Below are positions 1-12,300 of a stretch of 64,000 nucleotides of DNA, in pieces. The stretch comes from Tubulanus polymorphus (lineage: Eukaryota; Animalia; Nemertea): positions 11,750,451 through 11,814,450 of the forward strand of contig NC_134035.1 in NCBI RefSeq assembly GCF_964204645.1, written 5' to 3'. A program made the translations under genes and the position numbers. Position 1 is the first letter of the stretch. Every line of letters starts with the position of its first letter. Under the pieces are notes generated by a model. The model was not told the origin of the DNA, ran no database searches, and saw only the letters and a program-made list of their open reading frames with translations.

Positions 1-309
1 TACTGAATTTAACGTTTTTCACACTGGCAGTAACGGATCCATGGGTCATGTATATGCATTGTACAAGACTTAAATGTATTGAGTTGACTTTTTTTTTAAT
101 GAACTCCACATGGCATTTTATAAATTTCTCTAGCATAATGGTCTAAAAAGGCAAAGCTTTCTATTTGAGAATGCTGTAAAATACGCCTCACTGTAAAAAT
201 TCTCAAAAGCGACACCTTAATTGACAATGCGTTTGATATGTGTTTGCAATGACCCAAAATGCCCTTGACTACGCACTTGTTTGCATCGTTGTGGTTTTTT
301 TGTTAACAG

Positions 310-3300
310 GAAAACATGTGCCATACACATGGACGCTACTCGATCAAACCGTCGAACCTGGCAGTTCGAGCCTGACGGTGATGGATCCTATAACGTGGAA
401 GGTCGGAGATGAGATCGTCGTCGCCACTACCGGCTTACGCCATTCCCAGAAGGAAACAGAGGTCCGAAGGATCACAGCTATCACCGGCAAGACTATAACC
501 GTCGATGCACCTTTCGTATATAAACATTTGGCAGTGAGCGGTACATATGGCGGTCATACGATAGATAAACGGGCGGAGGTCGGTTTGTTGACGAGAAATG
601 TGAAGGTCCGAGGTAGCTCTGATCCGCAGTGGCACGTCAAGATTCCTGCGTGCAAAGATGGTTTCAATACAGGTAATCTATCCTCGAAATTAATATATAC
701 CGGACAGATGAACTTTATTCGACGTATTCTCGACGTTAGATCTCTAGATATGGCTTAAGTTATCGGTTAACCTTTCACCTACGACAGGAGGCTTGAGTGC
801 ACCAACCTGACATTATCAAGAATGGGCAATCCCATGGGAAAGTTTACGTGAAATTTTTTTTTACGCATAAGATAAAGTTTTATCCTGTGATAAAGCTTAA
901 GTTGGATATAAGTCGGATTGACTTTAAACCTATATAGACGAATCTCCATATAATAACATAATAACATTATTAACAACATTTCATTTCAGGTGAATTCGCC
1001 ACGCAGACATGTTTCCAAGGGCGTTTCGGCGAGGAAACAGGAAGCGATCAGTTCGGAGCTCAGATTATATTCCACGCACCTGAAAAGGACAAGGATCTGG
1101 TCCACGGTCACCTGGAATACGTCGAAATCACGTACGCCGGTCAGGCATTCCGACTGGGAAGATACCCGGTACATTTCCATTTGAACGGTAACATGAACGG
1201 TTCGTACGTACGAGGCTGCGCAATACATCGCACGTTCAACCGGGCGGTGAACATACACGGCTCGCATCACGTACTCGTCGAGCGAAACGTCGTGTACGAT
1301 GTGATGGGTGGAGCGCTGTTCCTCGAGGACGGCATCGAAACCGGTAACGTTTTCCAGTACAACCTGGTGTTGTTCGTAAAATCGAGTACGAGTTTATTAA
1401 ACGATGATATTACTCCGGCGTCTGTGTGGATAACCAATCCGAACAACACGGTACGGCACAACAGAGCTGCCGGCGGTTCGCATTTCGGTTTCTGGTACCG
1501 GATGAAGGAACACCCGGAAGGTCCGTCGTTCACGAAAACCGTTTGCCCGAGGAATATTCCGGTTCTGGAGTTCAGCAACAACACCGCTCACAGCTTCGGC
1601 TGGTTTGGTTTATGGATCTTCAAGATTTATACACCGATGTTAGGCGGGTCGTGCTCGTCGAAGATCCCGACGCCGGCGGTGTTCGACAGTTTGACGACAT
1701 GGCACAGTGAAAAGTGCGCCGAGTGGGTCGACTGTGGAGCTATGCAATTCACTAACTTCAAATGCCTGCATAACGAGAAAGCCGGTATAGAGGCTAAATT
1801 CCTTAAGAATGCCGAATTGTTTAGCGAAAATGGTGCCATGGTGAAAGATGCGATATTGGTGGGCGATGAGGTGCCCGGAACAGGTACACCGGCAGGGCTT
1901 ATCGTACCGTTAGGTCCCGGGTTATTGGTGAAAGGAACGACATTCGTGGATTTCGCTTCACCGGGATCCGCCGCCATTAAAGTCGCTCTGATCGACGGTA
2001 CGTGTAGCACTTACTGCGGTGGTTTCGCGAATCATTTCACCGGCACGACGTTCGCGAACTCGCCGAACAAAGCTTCGATACGATGGGCGAGCGAAGCCCG
2101 ATTCTACGATTTGGACGGCACGTTGACCGGCCGCGGGCCGCGAATGCTCGCCGTCGCCAAAACAGGCATTCTACCGTCGGATCGATGCTACGCCTCGCCA
2201 GAATTTAGCGCCGGTAATTTCCCGATGGTTATCTGCGAAGAGGACGTGCACGTCGTTCGCTTCGCGTTCAATAAACCGAGTCCCGAGCACCTGCTCGCGA
2301 AAGACGTTATTTTCACCAACTCGCACGGCACGCTGGTTTCGCGATTCGCCGAGAAACGTATGACGCATAAATTCGGCTGGATGGTGGAACTCGTCGCCAA
2401 ACAGCAGTATACGTTTAATTTCAACGATGTAGATCACATTACTAACATAACGTACGACGGAGCGTTCTTTGGCTTGAAGGTAATTTATAGATTTGCGTTA
2501 AAAGAGACGACATTCGCTGTTTCTGTCGATCACGTACACGCTAAAAATAACCTAGATAATATAATATATTTAATCCAATCAATGTATCCATGTCCCCAAA
2601 TTATCATTCTCGATTATTTCAGCATATACATGACTAATGATATCCATTTGTTTGAATGAAGTAATTTTGCATTTAAAGAATCACATCATGATGATATTGA
2701 AATTATTTCCATGCTATATTTAGAAAAACCGTAATATAATTTCGGCAAGTTAGTTTTCTTGTTTTCAATAAAGCGTAGTTTTGAAATAAAAAAGTCCAGA
2801 GAAATCGAAGTGCTTACTTATGCAAGTCCAAAGCTCCTTACAGAGCGACTCCAACTCAAAATCTTCCAGCAGTTCATAATATTAACAACTCATTTCCCTG
2901 CATAAAACGTGTCACGAGAACAATTTCGCCGACAGATGATAATTCAAATATGCACGCGTTTTACTTGTAGAGCGAAGACTGGGTTATCATCAATCATAAC
3001 TTTACACAGAATCCCGATCGTATGTCGATAAAGCCGGGAGATTCGCGAAACGCCTCCAGCACCGCGTTAACCTACGCCGGCAACGTGGACGGCGATTTCC
3101 ATCTAAATCGACTGGATCGCGAATTCACCTACTTAGGTTTGTATGCATTTTTGATACAACCTTTCAACGAATCCGATCGTTTCTTATGAGTAAATCTGGC
3201 GTTGTTACTCGGCAAGCGTCCCGGGACACATATTGAAAATTTGTAGATGTTTCTAGATGTTACTAACTCTGAATAAACCTCAAACATTACTTTTCATGTG

Positions 3301-6300
3301 GGGAAATTGTTGAAATCAGTTCGAAAATTCTGTTCTGTGAATTGATAACATTGGGGACATTTTTTTACTAGATCTTATAATCGCAGTTTTAATCCTTGTT
3401 TTGAACTGTTCGTTTTCAGTTTCCGGAAAAGGTTTTACACCGGGGATAGTTGTCGGTAACGCCAGGTCAAACCCTACGTATTGTATAAGACAAGTACACT
3501 TAACCGTTGCAAAATGTTTCTTCAACGGTTGCGTGCTGCCGAAAGATCCCGGTTCGTTACCGCCACCGACAGAGCGTCCGGATAACTTCACGCGCTGGTC
3601 TGATCCGAATTCACCGCTATGGAAGAATACGTCTAAGCCGAAAGAAGGGGACGATTTTCTGATTCCACCAGGTACAGCTTCCTATGCAATTTAACGTGTA
3701 TTGTGATTCTCAAATTGGTATCAGAGGTGTTTTTCAAATTGTCGATACCATGGTTTTGAAATTTGTTTCATCTCCAACCGGTGCAAAGAGTTCCTGTGAA
3801 GAGTCCCTAAGAATTGCTTACTAAGTCATTGTGACAGGTTGGAGAGAAAATGCAACGGGGCAAAAGTCGCTGTGGCCGCTGGGAGGTTTCTACGCTATAA
3901 AATCATGACGATCTTTCACTATTTCATCGATAGGTTACTGGGTGGTACTCGACGTCGAGAATGTACCAGCGCTCGGGACACTCGAAATCCAGGGCGTTCT
4001 GGAACTGGAGCCTCGCGTGCCGACGGGCAACTCCACACCGATGAACCTAGTTCTCAACTGTTCGATAATTTTCATTAACAACGGACGTTTGATGGTCGGC
4101 TGGGAAACGAATCCGTTCATGAACCGAGCTAGAATCATTCTACGCGGTAACCACAAGACGCCTGAATTTTCAAACTTCGTGGGAGCGAAAGCCATTGGTA
4201 AGTAACCTCATCATCGAAGTAAAAAAAAAATTTTTGCTGATATCAGAATGTACTTTTATATCATCGATATTGTGAGTTTTGCTTTTACCGTTCCAATAAT
4301 GCAGTGTTGTTTATATATTTTGGCCAAAATCGGGCGTTGATTTGTTACGTCTTTCACCATAGTACGCGTATTGATGACGTCATCTAACCGTTTGATATGC
4401 TTAAACTCGTAGGGGTTTTCGGAGGTCTGGATATGCACGGAAAACCGCGAAACGTCACGTGGACTCGACTTTCTAGTACGGTCGCAGCCGGGAGCACCGC
4501 TATAACCGTCGATAAACCGGTCGATTGGACTGTCGGCGATAGAATCATCGTTACGTCGACATCGAAGACTCCCAGAGATACGGAAGTGAGAACGATTGTG
4601 AGCGTCGATCCTAACCGTATTAGGATCACTCTCGACCAAGCCCTTCTCTATACTCATACAGGTATTATCTTTTGCATCACTTGAAATACGCGATGTCCAG
4701 TGATAAAACGTAGGAAATGCCTTATTTATGAATGGAGTGAAACGTCTTTTACAACTTTAGACTTGGGAATCATCTTCAATAAGTTTTAGCAAATTTAATA
4801 TCGTTGGGGCTTTATGTGTCAGTTACACTAGATAGAAAATAACACTGATATTTGAATGAAAATATGCAAAAGAAATTAGGGACTTTTGGGATAGTAAGAG
4901 ACTGCTTTAAAGCCTCCTGATGAAATCTAAATTTAGATGGTGTATATACATTTCCAATTCATCTCATTCACCTGATGAAGCTTCTATTCATTAGAAGCGA
5001 AAGCTCGTGCGTCGAATAAATAGTTAACCTATACAATACTACTCGTCTCGTAACGTACATTTCTAAATCTGCCGGAAATACTAAATGCTTTTCGATGTTT
5101 CATATATTGACAGTGTCGGAGGAAAATGTCACTGGCACGAACTGGACGCTGAAAATGTCGTGTGAAGTCGGTCTACTGACTCGTAACATCGTAATCGAAG
5201 GCGCCGATTATCCTGGTTTGATCGCTGAATCGTTCGGCGCTAGGATCATCGTCGGAAAATACGGATTCAAAGACAAGCTTTACACAGGTGAGTTATAGTT
5301 ATAGGCCCCTTGGAAATTTGATATTCCAACATCGGAAAACAGCTGACCAAGTTGCAGAGTCATGACTTGAGTCCAAAAGTGGTGTTAAATCTTTAAACTG
5401 GTGTTGTTGGATGGGCTATAGAAGTGAGTTGGTTGTAGGCCGGCCTCGTGTAAGCTGTGACTATGGAACGGGCCCCTTTGGATTGACTATCTATAATTGA
5501 TTTATGGTAGTTCTTGGTTATATAGTTTTCCAGTAGGTTTATATTGTCTTCCAGTAAACAGCAACGTATTTTGATAACCAAATACCTATATCTATGGAGA
5601 ACTGAATATATACATCGAAAATAGATTGAAAATAACATGAAGTTCCATCAATCCCATCTTCACTCGCTTTGCAGGTTACGCGAGGATATCCAATGTAGAG
5701 TTTTATCGCACCGGTCAAGAAGGTTGGTACGAGCATTACGACCCGCGATATTCGTTAGCCTTCCTCGACACCGGTGACGTCACCGAAAACAGACCGTCGT
5801 ACGTGCGTCGGTGCGCTTTTCACCACGGATTTTCGCCGGCAATTGGTGCGTTCGGTATAAACAAACTGCTCATCGAAGATAACGTCATTTACCATACAGT
5901 CGGTGCAGGTAAGCATATCAGATGCGGTGTTCGGATTCTTTGGTTTGAAGAACGATGGCTGCAGGGTCATCCCTAGGTTCCCCAGTACACCCCCCAAAGT
6001 ATAATCACATGTTTTCTAGTGCCAATATTCCCCGGTAAATATTCAGCATTGATATATAAGAATTGAAAGGTGTTGGTCCAGAAGAAAAAGGAATTTCTCG
6101 GATAACGCAGAGCCATGTCAAAGGCCACTAGTGGGGATGCAGTGGTGTCATCTCCATATGTCGGTGTTCTGTTCCCTGGTTCCACCAGAAAACCCATCCG
6201 TTGCTCAGGCCGATGTTCCAAAAGAAGTTATGTTTGCCATTATATAAGAATAAAATCAAATTCAATGGTTGCTAATTAGATTAAGCTAAATGGTTGCTGG

Positions 6301-9300
6301 TCGAATCGCTTCTACCTTTTACGTTAACCTCGCGTGGTTCATCCAATTCTATCTCATCTTTCTCGTTTTACTAGGTATCGTTGTCCGCGGTAGTCAAAAC
6401 ATGATCAAACGGAACCTGGTGACATTGTCGTTGTGGCCCGGTGCTTACAACGGTCGTCAAGAACCGTTGAACCTTATAAACCAAGGCGGTATCGAAACCA
6501 ACTTCGCCGAGCAGGTCGTAATGCAGGATAACGTAGTCGTCGGTAGCGAACGGGCCGCTTTCCGTGTCCGCGGAGAACCCTGCGACGACCCGACAGTTCC
6601 ATCCTGGTCCGGAAACATAGCGCGTTCGAGCATGTTCGGCGTCGTGGTGCTACCTACAGATATCAGACCAGGTAATAGACATATTCACGTATACGTCAAC
6701 GTCGCTAGAATAACTTGTGATTGTAGCCTTTAAACTTGGTTATTTATTCATTGTTTTCACTTTCACTAGTTCATCAAGTTGTTAGACCTACAAATAATTG
6801 ATCTATTCTTTTATCTTGAAAATTTGACTTATTGCCAATTGCTTAGCATTTACATTATTTTACAATTCAGTTTTTATTCACTTAGCGGTTGATCATTTTT
6901 CATCGGGTATTGATGCATTTCGTTTTTTAGTTTGCATGAAAATATCCGGCATTCAGGCCACCAAGTCGCTGCGATTCGGTATATATTGCCAGACGTCGGC
7001 GAACCCCATAGTGACTAATGTCATAGTCGCTGATAATAGAGTTGGAATATTGGTCATCGTCATTAAACCGAGTATATTCACGAATAAGGTACGTTTATGC
7101 AACGTAGTTTATTTTATAATTTTCGCAATTATCACAGTGTATCTATTTGTCCATAGAATTAGAACCAAATAAAGATAAACAATCGAAGTAATGATTCAAA
7201 AAAGATCTACGTTTCGGATTCTCTCTAGAGACCATCGTACAAAACATGGTGTCTTTTATTTCATTTATACATCATACAATTATTCAATCGAATCTAATTT
7301 GACAAAACAGTCTTCAATTTCTTATCTTAAGTTAAGATAAAAGAAATTAACTTAATTTCATCATCTATTCTCCATGTTTGTGTTAAGATTCTGCTAAGAT
7401 TCATCTCGTATTCGAATTACAGCCGTCTGGAAAAATCGCCAGGATCGAGGATTCGTTGGTCGTTGGCAGATCAGCTTCTTACGATTGCACCGACACGATG
7501 AAACGTTCGGATGATAATATAAAATTTAGCAGCCAAGCAGCGGCCTGGAAAACTGCTACAGGAGGTAAGATATTGAATCGGAATTTCAATCTTCGACTAT
7601 ATTTTCTCACGTATTTTAAGAATCACGCTATTTTCCTTTATTCAATGTTAGGTGACACCGGTATTGCATGGCCCATATTTCTGGGTAAATCCAATGCTGC
7701 CCCTGAATTTCCGTTTGCCGGAGATTTAGGATATCCATCGTATAGCGGACTCCTGAAAACGAAAGGTGATTATCATTCTTAATATTACTCCACTAAACGT
7801 TTTTTTTTCCACAAAAATTCTGCCTTCATTTTGCCCTTGTCCTGTCAAGAGAAATACTGGAAAAATGTATACGTGAATTATTAGCCTGGTAACGTTTTGA
7901 CTAAAAAAAAACAGGATATTTTTCCATAAAAAAATGGCACCGCTAAAGTATATTTTTCCTATTCATTTTCTTTCTCGTCGCTAGGTATAACTTTCTTCAG
8001 ATTCGAAACGACGTGCGGAGATCAGAGAAGCGCCGCTATCTCAACGCCGGCGAAGATCGAGGATGTCCTTTTCCCGATCGAAATCGAAAAGTCGACGATG
8101 GTCAATGTAGACCCTGACAATGAACTTTATCTCATGCATCCAAACGTCGCGTGAGTCGGTTTTTCCATCTTAACAGTCCACTGATTAAACTGCCGGGCCC
8201 GGTTTTATAGACTGGTATTATCTTTAACTCGGGGGTTAACTCAATTGAAAATGAATTAACTTAGCCCCCGCGTTTAAGTTAATACCAGTCTATAAAACCA
8301 GCCTCTGGAGCCCGATGAACTGATTGCAAATGAACCATTTCTGGCGTTAGATTAAAACTATGCATCTTGGTTTTCATTTAAAGTCAATAGTTACGTAGCG
8401 TTTTAACATACCAATTTTTTTTCAAAAACTTCAGGAAAGTGAATCCAGCCGATTGCGTCGATATGGACTGCGACGCTAAGCGTAAATGCATAGTACGAGA
8501 TATGGATGGATCGTTCTTACGAACCGGTAAACAAAGTGCCGCGTTGCCGGAAAGCGATTACGAGTGGGACGGTGATCCGAGGCACGGTTTCGGCGACTAC
8601 CGAATTCCGAAGTTAGCTTTGACTGGCGTCAACGGCAACAAATTAGACGTCGCTAACGTCTGTCCATTAAAAGGTGAATGCAGCTTAATTTATTTTCAAT
8701 CTGATCGGATTCGGTTTCCATAGACCAGCGACTAGTCTATAATTCAAGTAAAAAGACCTTGATGAAGAACAAAACTGACAGTGGTGACGATTCAACTAAA
8801 TTCTTTGCACCAGTTTTGCACCAACTAGTTTTGAAAATGGCTCCTAGAATTGAGATGGGCATTATCTCTTTTCTTGCTAACTGCTCTTCATCGGACAAGT
8901 CCTGGATGTATACAAATGTAACGTTTTTAAGCTGGTCTCTAAAAGGTTACATCATATATGATCTCGACAAACTGTTTGTGACAACATTGTCTCTGATGTT
9001 ACAGGTATATACCGAAACGGCTGTCAGAAAATCGACTCGTGGAATGGGTACAAATGTTCAGGTGACAACGTCGACTACCAGATGCTGGTAATAGCCAACC
9101 TGGACCACGACACCGAAACTCGTCGCCTCTCACCGATCGCTTTTATCGGCGATGGTTATGTGGATCTGCTGAACGGGCCGCAAGATCACGGCTGGTGTAG
9201 CGGCTACACGTGTCAAAAGCGGGTATCCACTTTCCATATGGTCGTCCTAAACGGTAGGTAACATTCCCGATGTCGTTTTTCGTATCAAAAGTGTTCACGG

Positions 9301-12300
9301 AGTGTTTTGGGATTCTCCTGCACGCCCAGCCAATACTTGCCCCCTACAAAAATTTTACAATTTCATCTGCCTTTGAAATTGGATTCTGTCCATTGGCCAC
9401 CCTGCTCAAATCGCTTTTGATGAATTATCTTGAGATTAAGATGAAAATTCTTTCTAGGTAAACATTACGACGTGTATTTGTCGGGAATCAACCCCCAAAA
9501 GACTCAGTTTGAACTGTTAAACGTGAACAGCGATTTCGTCGTCAGGCTGGCCGTGTCGTACACGAAACTATACCGTATCGACGTTTACGCCGACGGCCAG
9601 TACGTAGCTCCGGCGAACAAAGCGATTCGTCCGGACGGCAAAGAGATATTGAAGCCACCGACTACAGCTGGTGAATTTGTACCTCAGAATGGCGCCGACG
9701 CCGGCAGCAATTATTTCGACCAGAAAAATAAACTGCTGTACGTCATCGTGAAGGGCCCGGTCAGAATAAAAATCCAAGTCGCGCCGACCGTCATCGTATC
9801 GTTGACATTGCCGGCTATGACAGTCGAAGAGTTTTTCGGCGCTCGAGTCATCGAAAATTTGGCGAAGTTCCTCAAAATTCCGGCCAGCAAGATTATGATG
9901 GTGAATCCGGTGTCCGCGGCTGGTAGAAGGCGTAAACGAGCTGTCGGAGATTTGACCGTGCAGTTACAGATCGGCGAACCACCGGTGGCCAGTTCGAACG
10001 CCACCAATTCGGGCAACGCTTCCGATACGCTGGATTTCTCATCTTTGTCCGAAATATCGACGAAAATAACCGACGCCGTGCAAACTCAGTCGCTCAGTTC
10101 AGCGCTGAATACAACGGTAACGAACGTTGCCGTTGCCGACCCTGTTCCACCGATCAACAGCACCGAATGGTCCGCTCAGAGTAATGTATCGGCCGCTGAA
10201 AGCGCACAAAAAGCGCCACAGACGATACAAGTGCCGTCGCAGTTGGTCCTCGTGCAAGCGCCGACATCCGGAGAAGAAAACTCGCCTTTCCCTTCTCAGC
10301 CTAAACTCAGGTTGAAAGACACCACGGTAAATATACAATTAGAAAACTACCTTGAACACTATTGGTTAATATTGTCGACAATATATAATATAACATAAAT
10401 TATACACCATATTAGGGATCAATGAAGTTATTTTCAATTTTAATATATCGATGATTGAATTGAATGACCGATAGCCAGGCTAAACCCGATATGCGGGCGA
10501 CGTGGTGACGTAGTGCCCAGCCTCTCAAAAATACATATTAAAAATCTATCGAATATGAAATATAATTTATGAAATGATCTCAAAAATAAACGCCATTATT
10601 GATGACGTTGTGCCCATCGTAGTGCACATCGAGCCCATAAAATAACGCATACTTGGTATCAATATAAATATATTGTTACGGTTTTTAGGGCATCAAACGC
10701 ACTCCGCGTCTTCTAGGGTTACCTATTTATCTTCAGTATTTTTCTTCATTCTATAGGGTCAATTTGTCGATAAAGTCGGAACGAATAGCCTCGTGTGGAT
10801 GGTCCAAGCTACGTTGACGCGCGGTGCGGGTTCGGACGCGCTGGCCTCGCTCATCGGAACCGTCAACGTGTCGTTCGTCGACGGATGGGCGAATTTTACC
10901 GATCTCGCCATCACGCATTACGGGTCGGATTACAATCTCGAATTTCGCGTTATCAATCCGACCACTTCTACGCTGACGACGGCTACAACTGAGGCGCTCT
11001 CGGCCTCGAAGATAATGTTGAAATTGAGCATCACCTCGCAGCCCAGCGGCGTGGTTTACGTCGGGAATTCATTCTCATTGACTGCACAACTACAGCGTAC
11101 AGACGAATTACCATTTGATCTATCGTGGAAGGTAAATCTTTGTTTCCCCTAGTGCTGAAACTTAAGTATTATAATATTCATATTTATCCGTATGATATTT
11201 TGAATGCCTTATGGATAATTTCCATCTGTTCGTATTTCGCAGGGAGATTCAAGTTGGCCGGCTTCGATCTCGATTTGCAAGACCTGTTTCTCAACAGCTG
11301 CGACGCTAGGGGGCGGCAGCATTCAAGATACTAATCTAACCACCGGTATTGTCAGATTCGACGGACTCCAGCTCTCCGGTCCTGGAAAATACATCGTCGA
11401 CGTCAATGTGACGTCATCGTTTACCGGCTACACGGCTATCGGACAGTCGTCGGTTATCACGGTGATGCGGGCCGACTGGGTCGATCCCGGAAAAGAATCT
11501 ACGAAATCCTGCCAAATGCGGTTCCAAGGGGATTATTCGACTATAGTTGGAAGTAAATCCGAATATTGCGGTGCCGCTGTGTGGAACGTTTTACAGTCGG
11601 AATTGACCAACGTTTCGATCAGTAATGTCACGTGCTCGCCAGGTAAGCCAGCCGCGTATATATTTAGAGTATTTAAGAATTTCACCAAAGCTTTAGTCCT
11701 TAAAGATTAACTAAGATTTCTTGTATAAAATTGTTAATTAGCAGTATTCTGAAACCACAACTGTCCGTGGCATTCAAATTGATGTTGATGGTTATTTCAC
11801 CCGATGACATGTTATTGATTAAGAACCAAACATTGCCGTTTTATTTTGAAAGACTTTCTGATTTATCTGACATATTAAATGCAAGATTTTCTGCGCATAT
11901 TGTACAATCTTTTACTACACCTATAATTCGCAACTGAGATCTACATCATCTTTCGTTTTTTTCTGACTTCAGGAAGTATTTTAGCGGCGTTCACTCTGCA
12001 AGGAAGCATGGATGGAATGAGCGCATCGCTCGGTCAACTGAATACAATGATCCAGTCAGGATTCTCTTTCACACTGAACGGCTACGTTCTGACGGCGGAT
12101 AGAATACTTTTAGTGAACGGTGTCAACTATGGCGTATCGTCAGCTGAGGTAGGGTCATCTCTAGTATCAGTAATGATTCATTCTTTTGAAACATTTAGAG
12201 TTTGCGAAGATTTGATTCGTAATCAAAAGTCGGGTCAGTAATTTATTTTAGCCGCCATTTTGGTGGGGGTAATTTTATCCTGTATTGTAGCGTACTTTTT

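Noticed and set aside
1267-2437. Minus-strand ORFs over large exons (also 34174-34608, 39595-40197, 13027-13600)
   Set aside because: These are antisense shadows of GC-rich coding exons with no independent motifs.
1181-2659. Treating the 492-, 514- and 523-aa ORFs as stand-alone or prokaryotic genes
   Set aside because: They are internal exons bounded by AG/GT, and their ends run into intron sequence.
4917-4940. CTGATGA followed by a hairpin as another hammerhead
   Set aside because: There is no GAAA or cleavage triplet after the hairpin.
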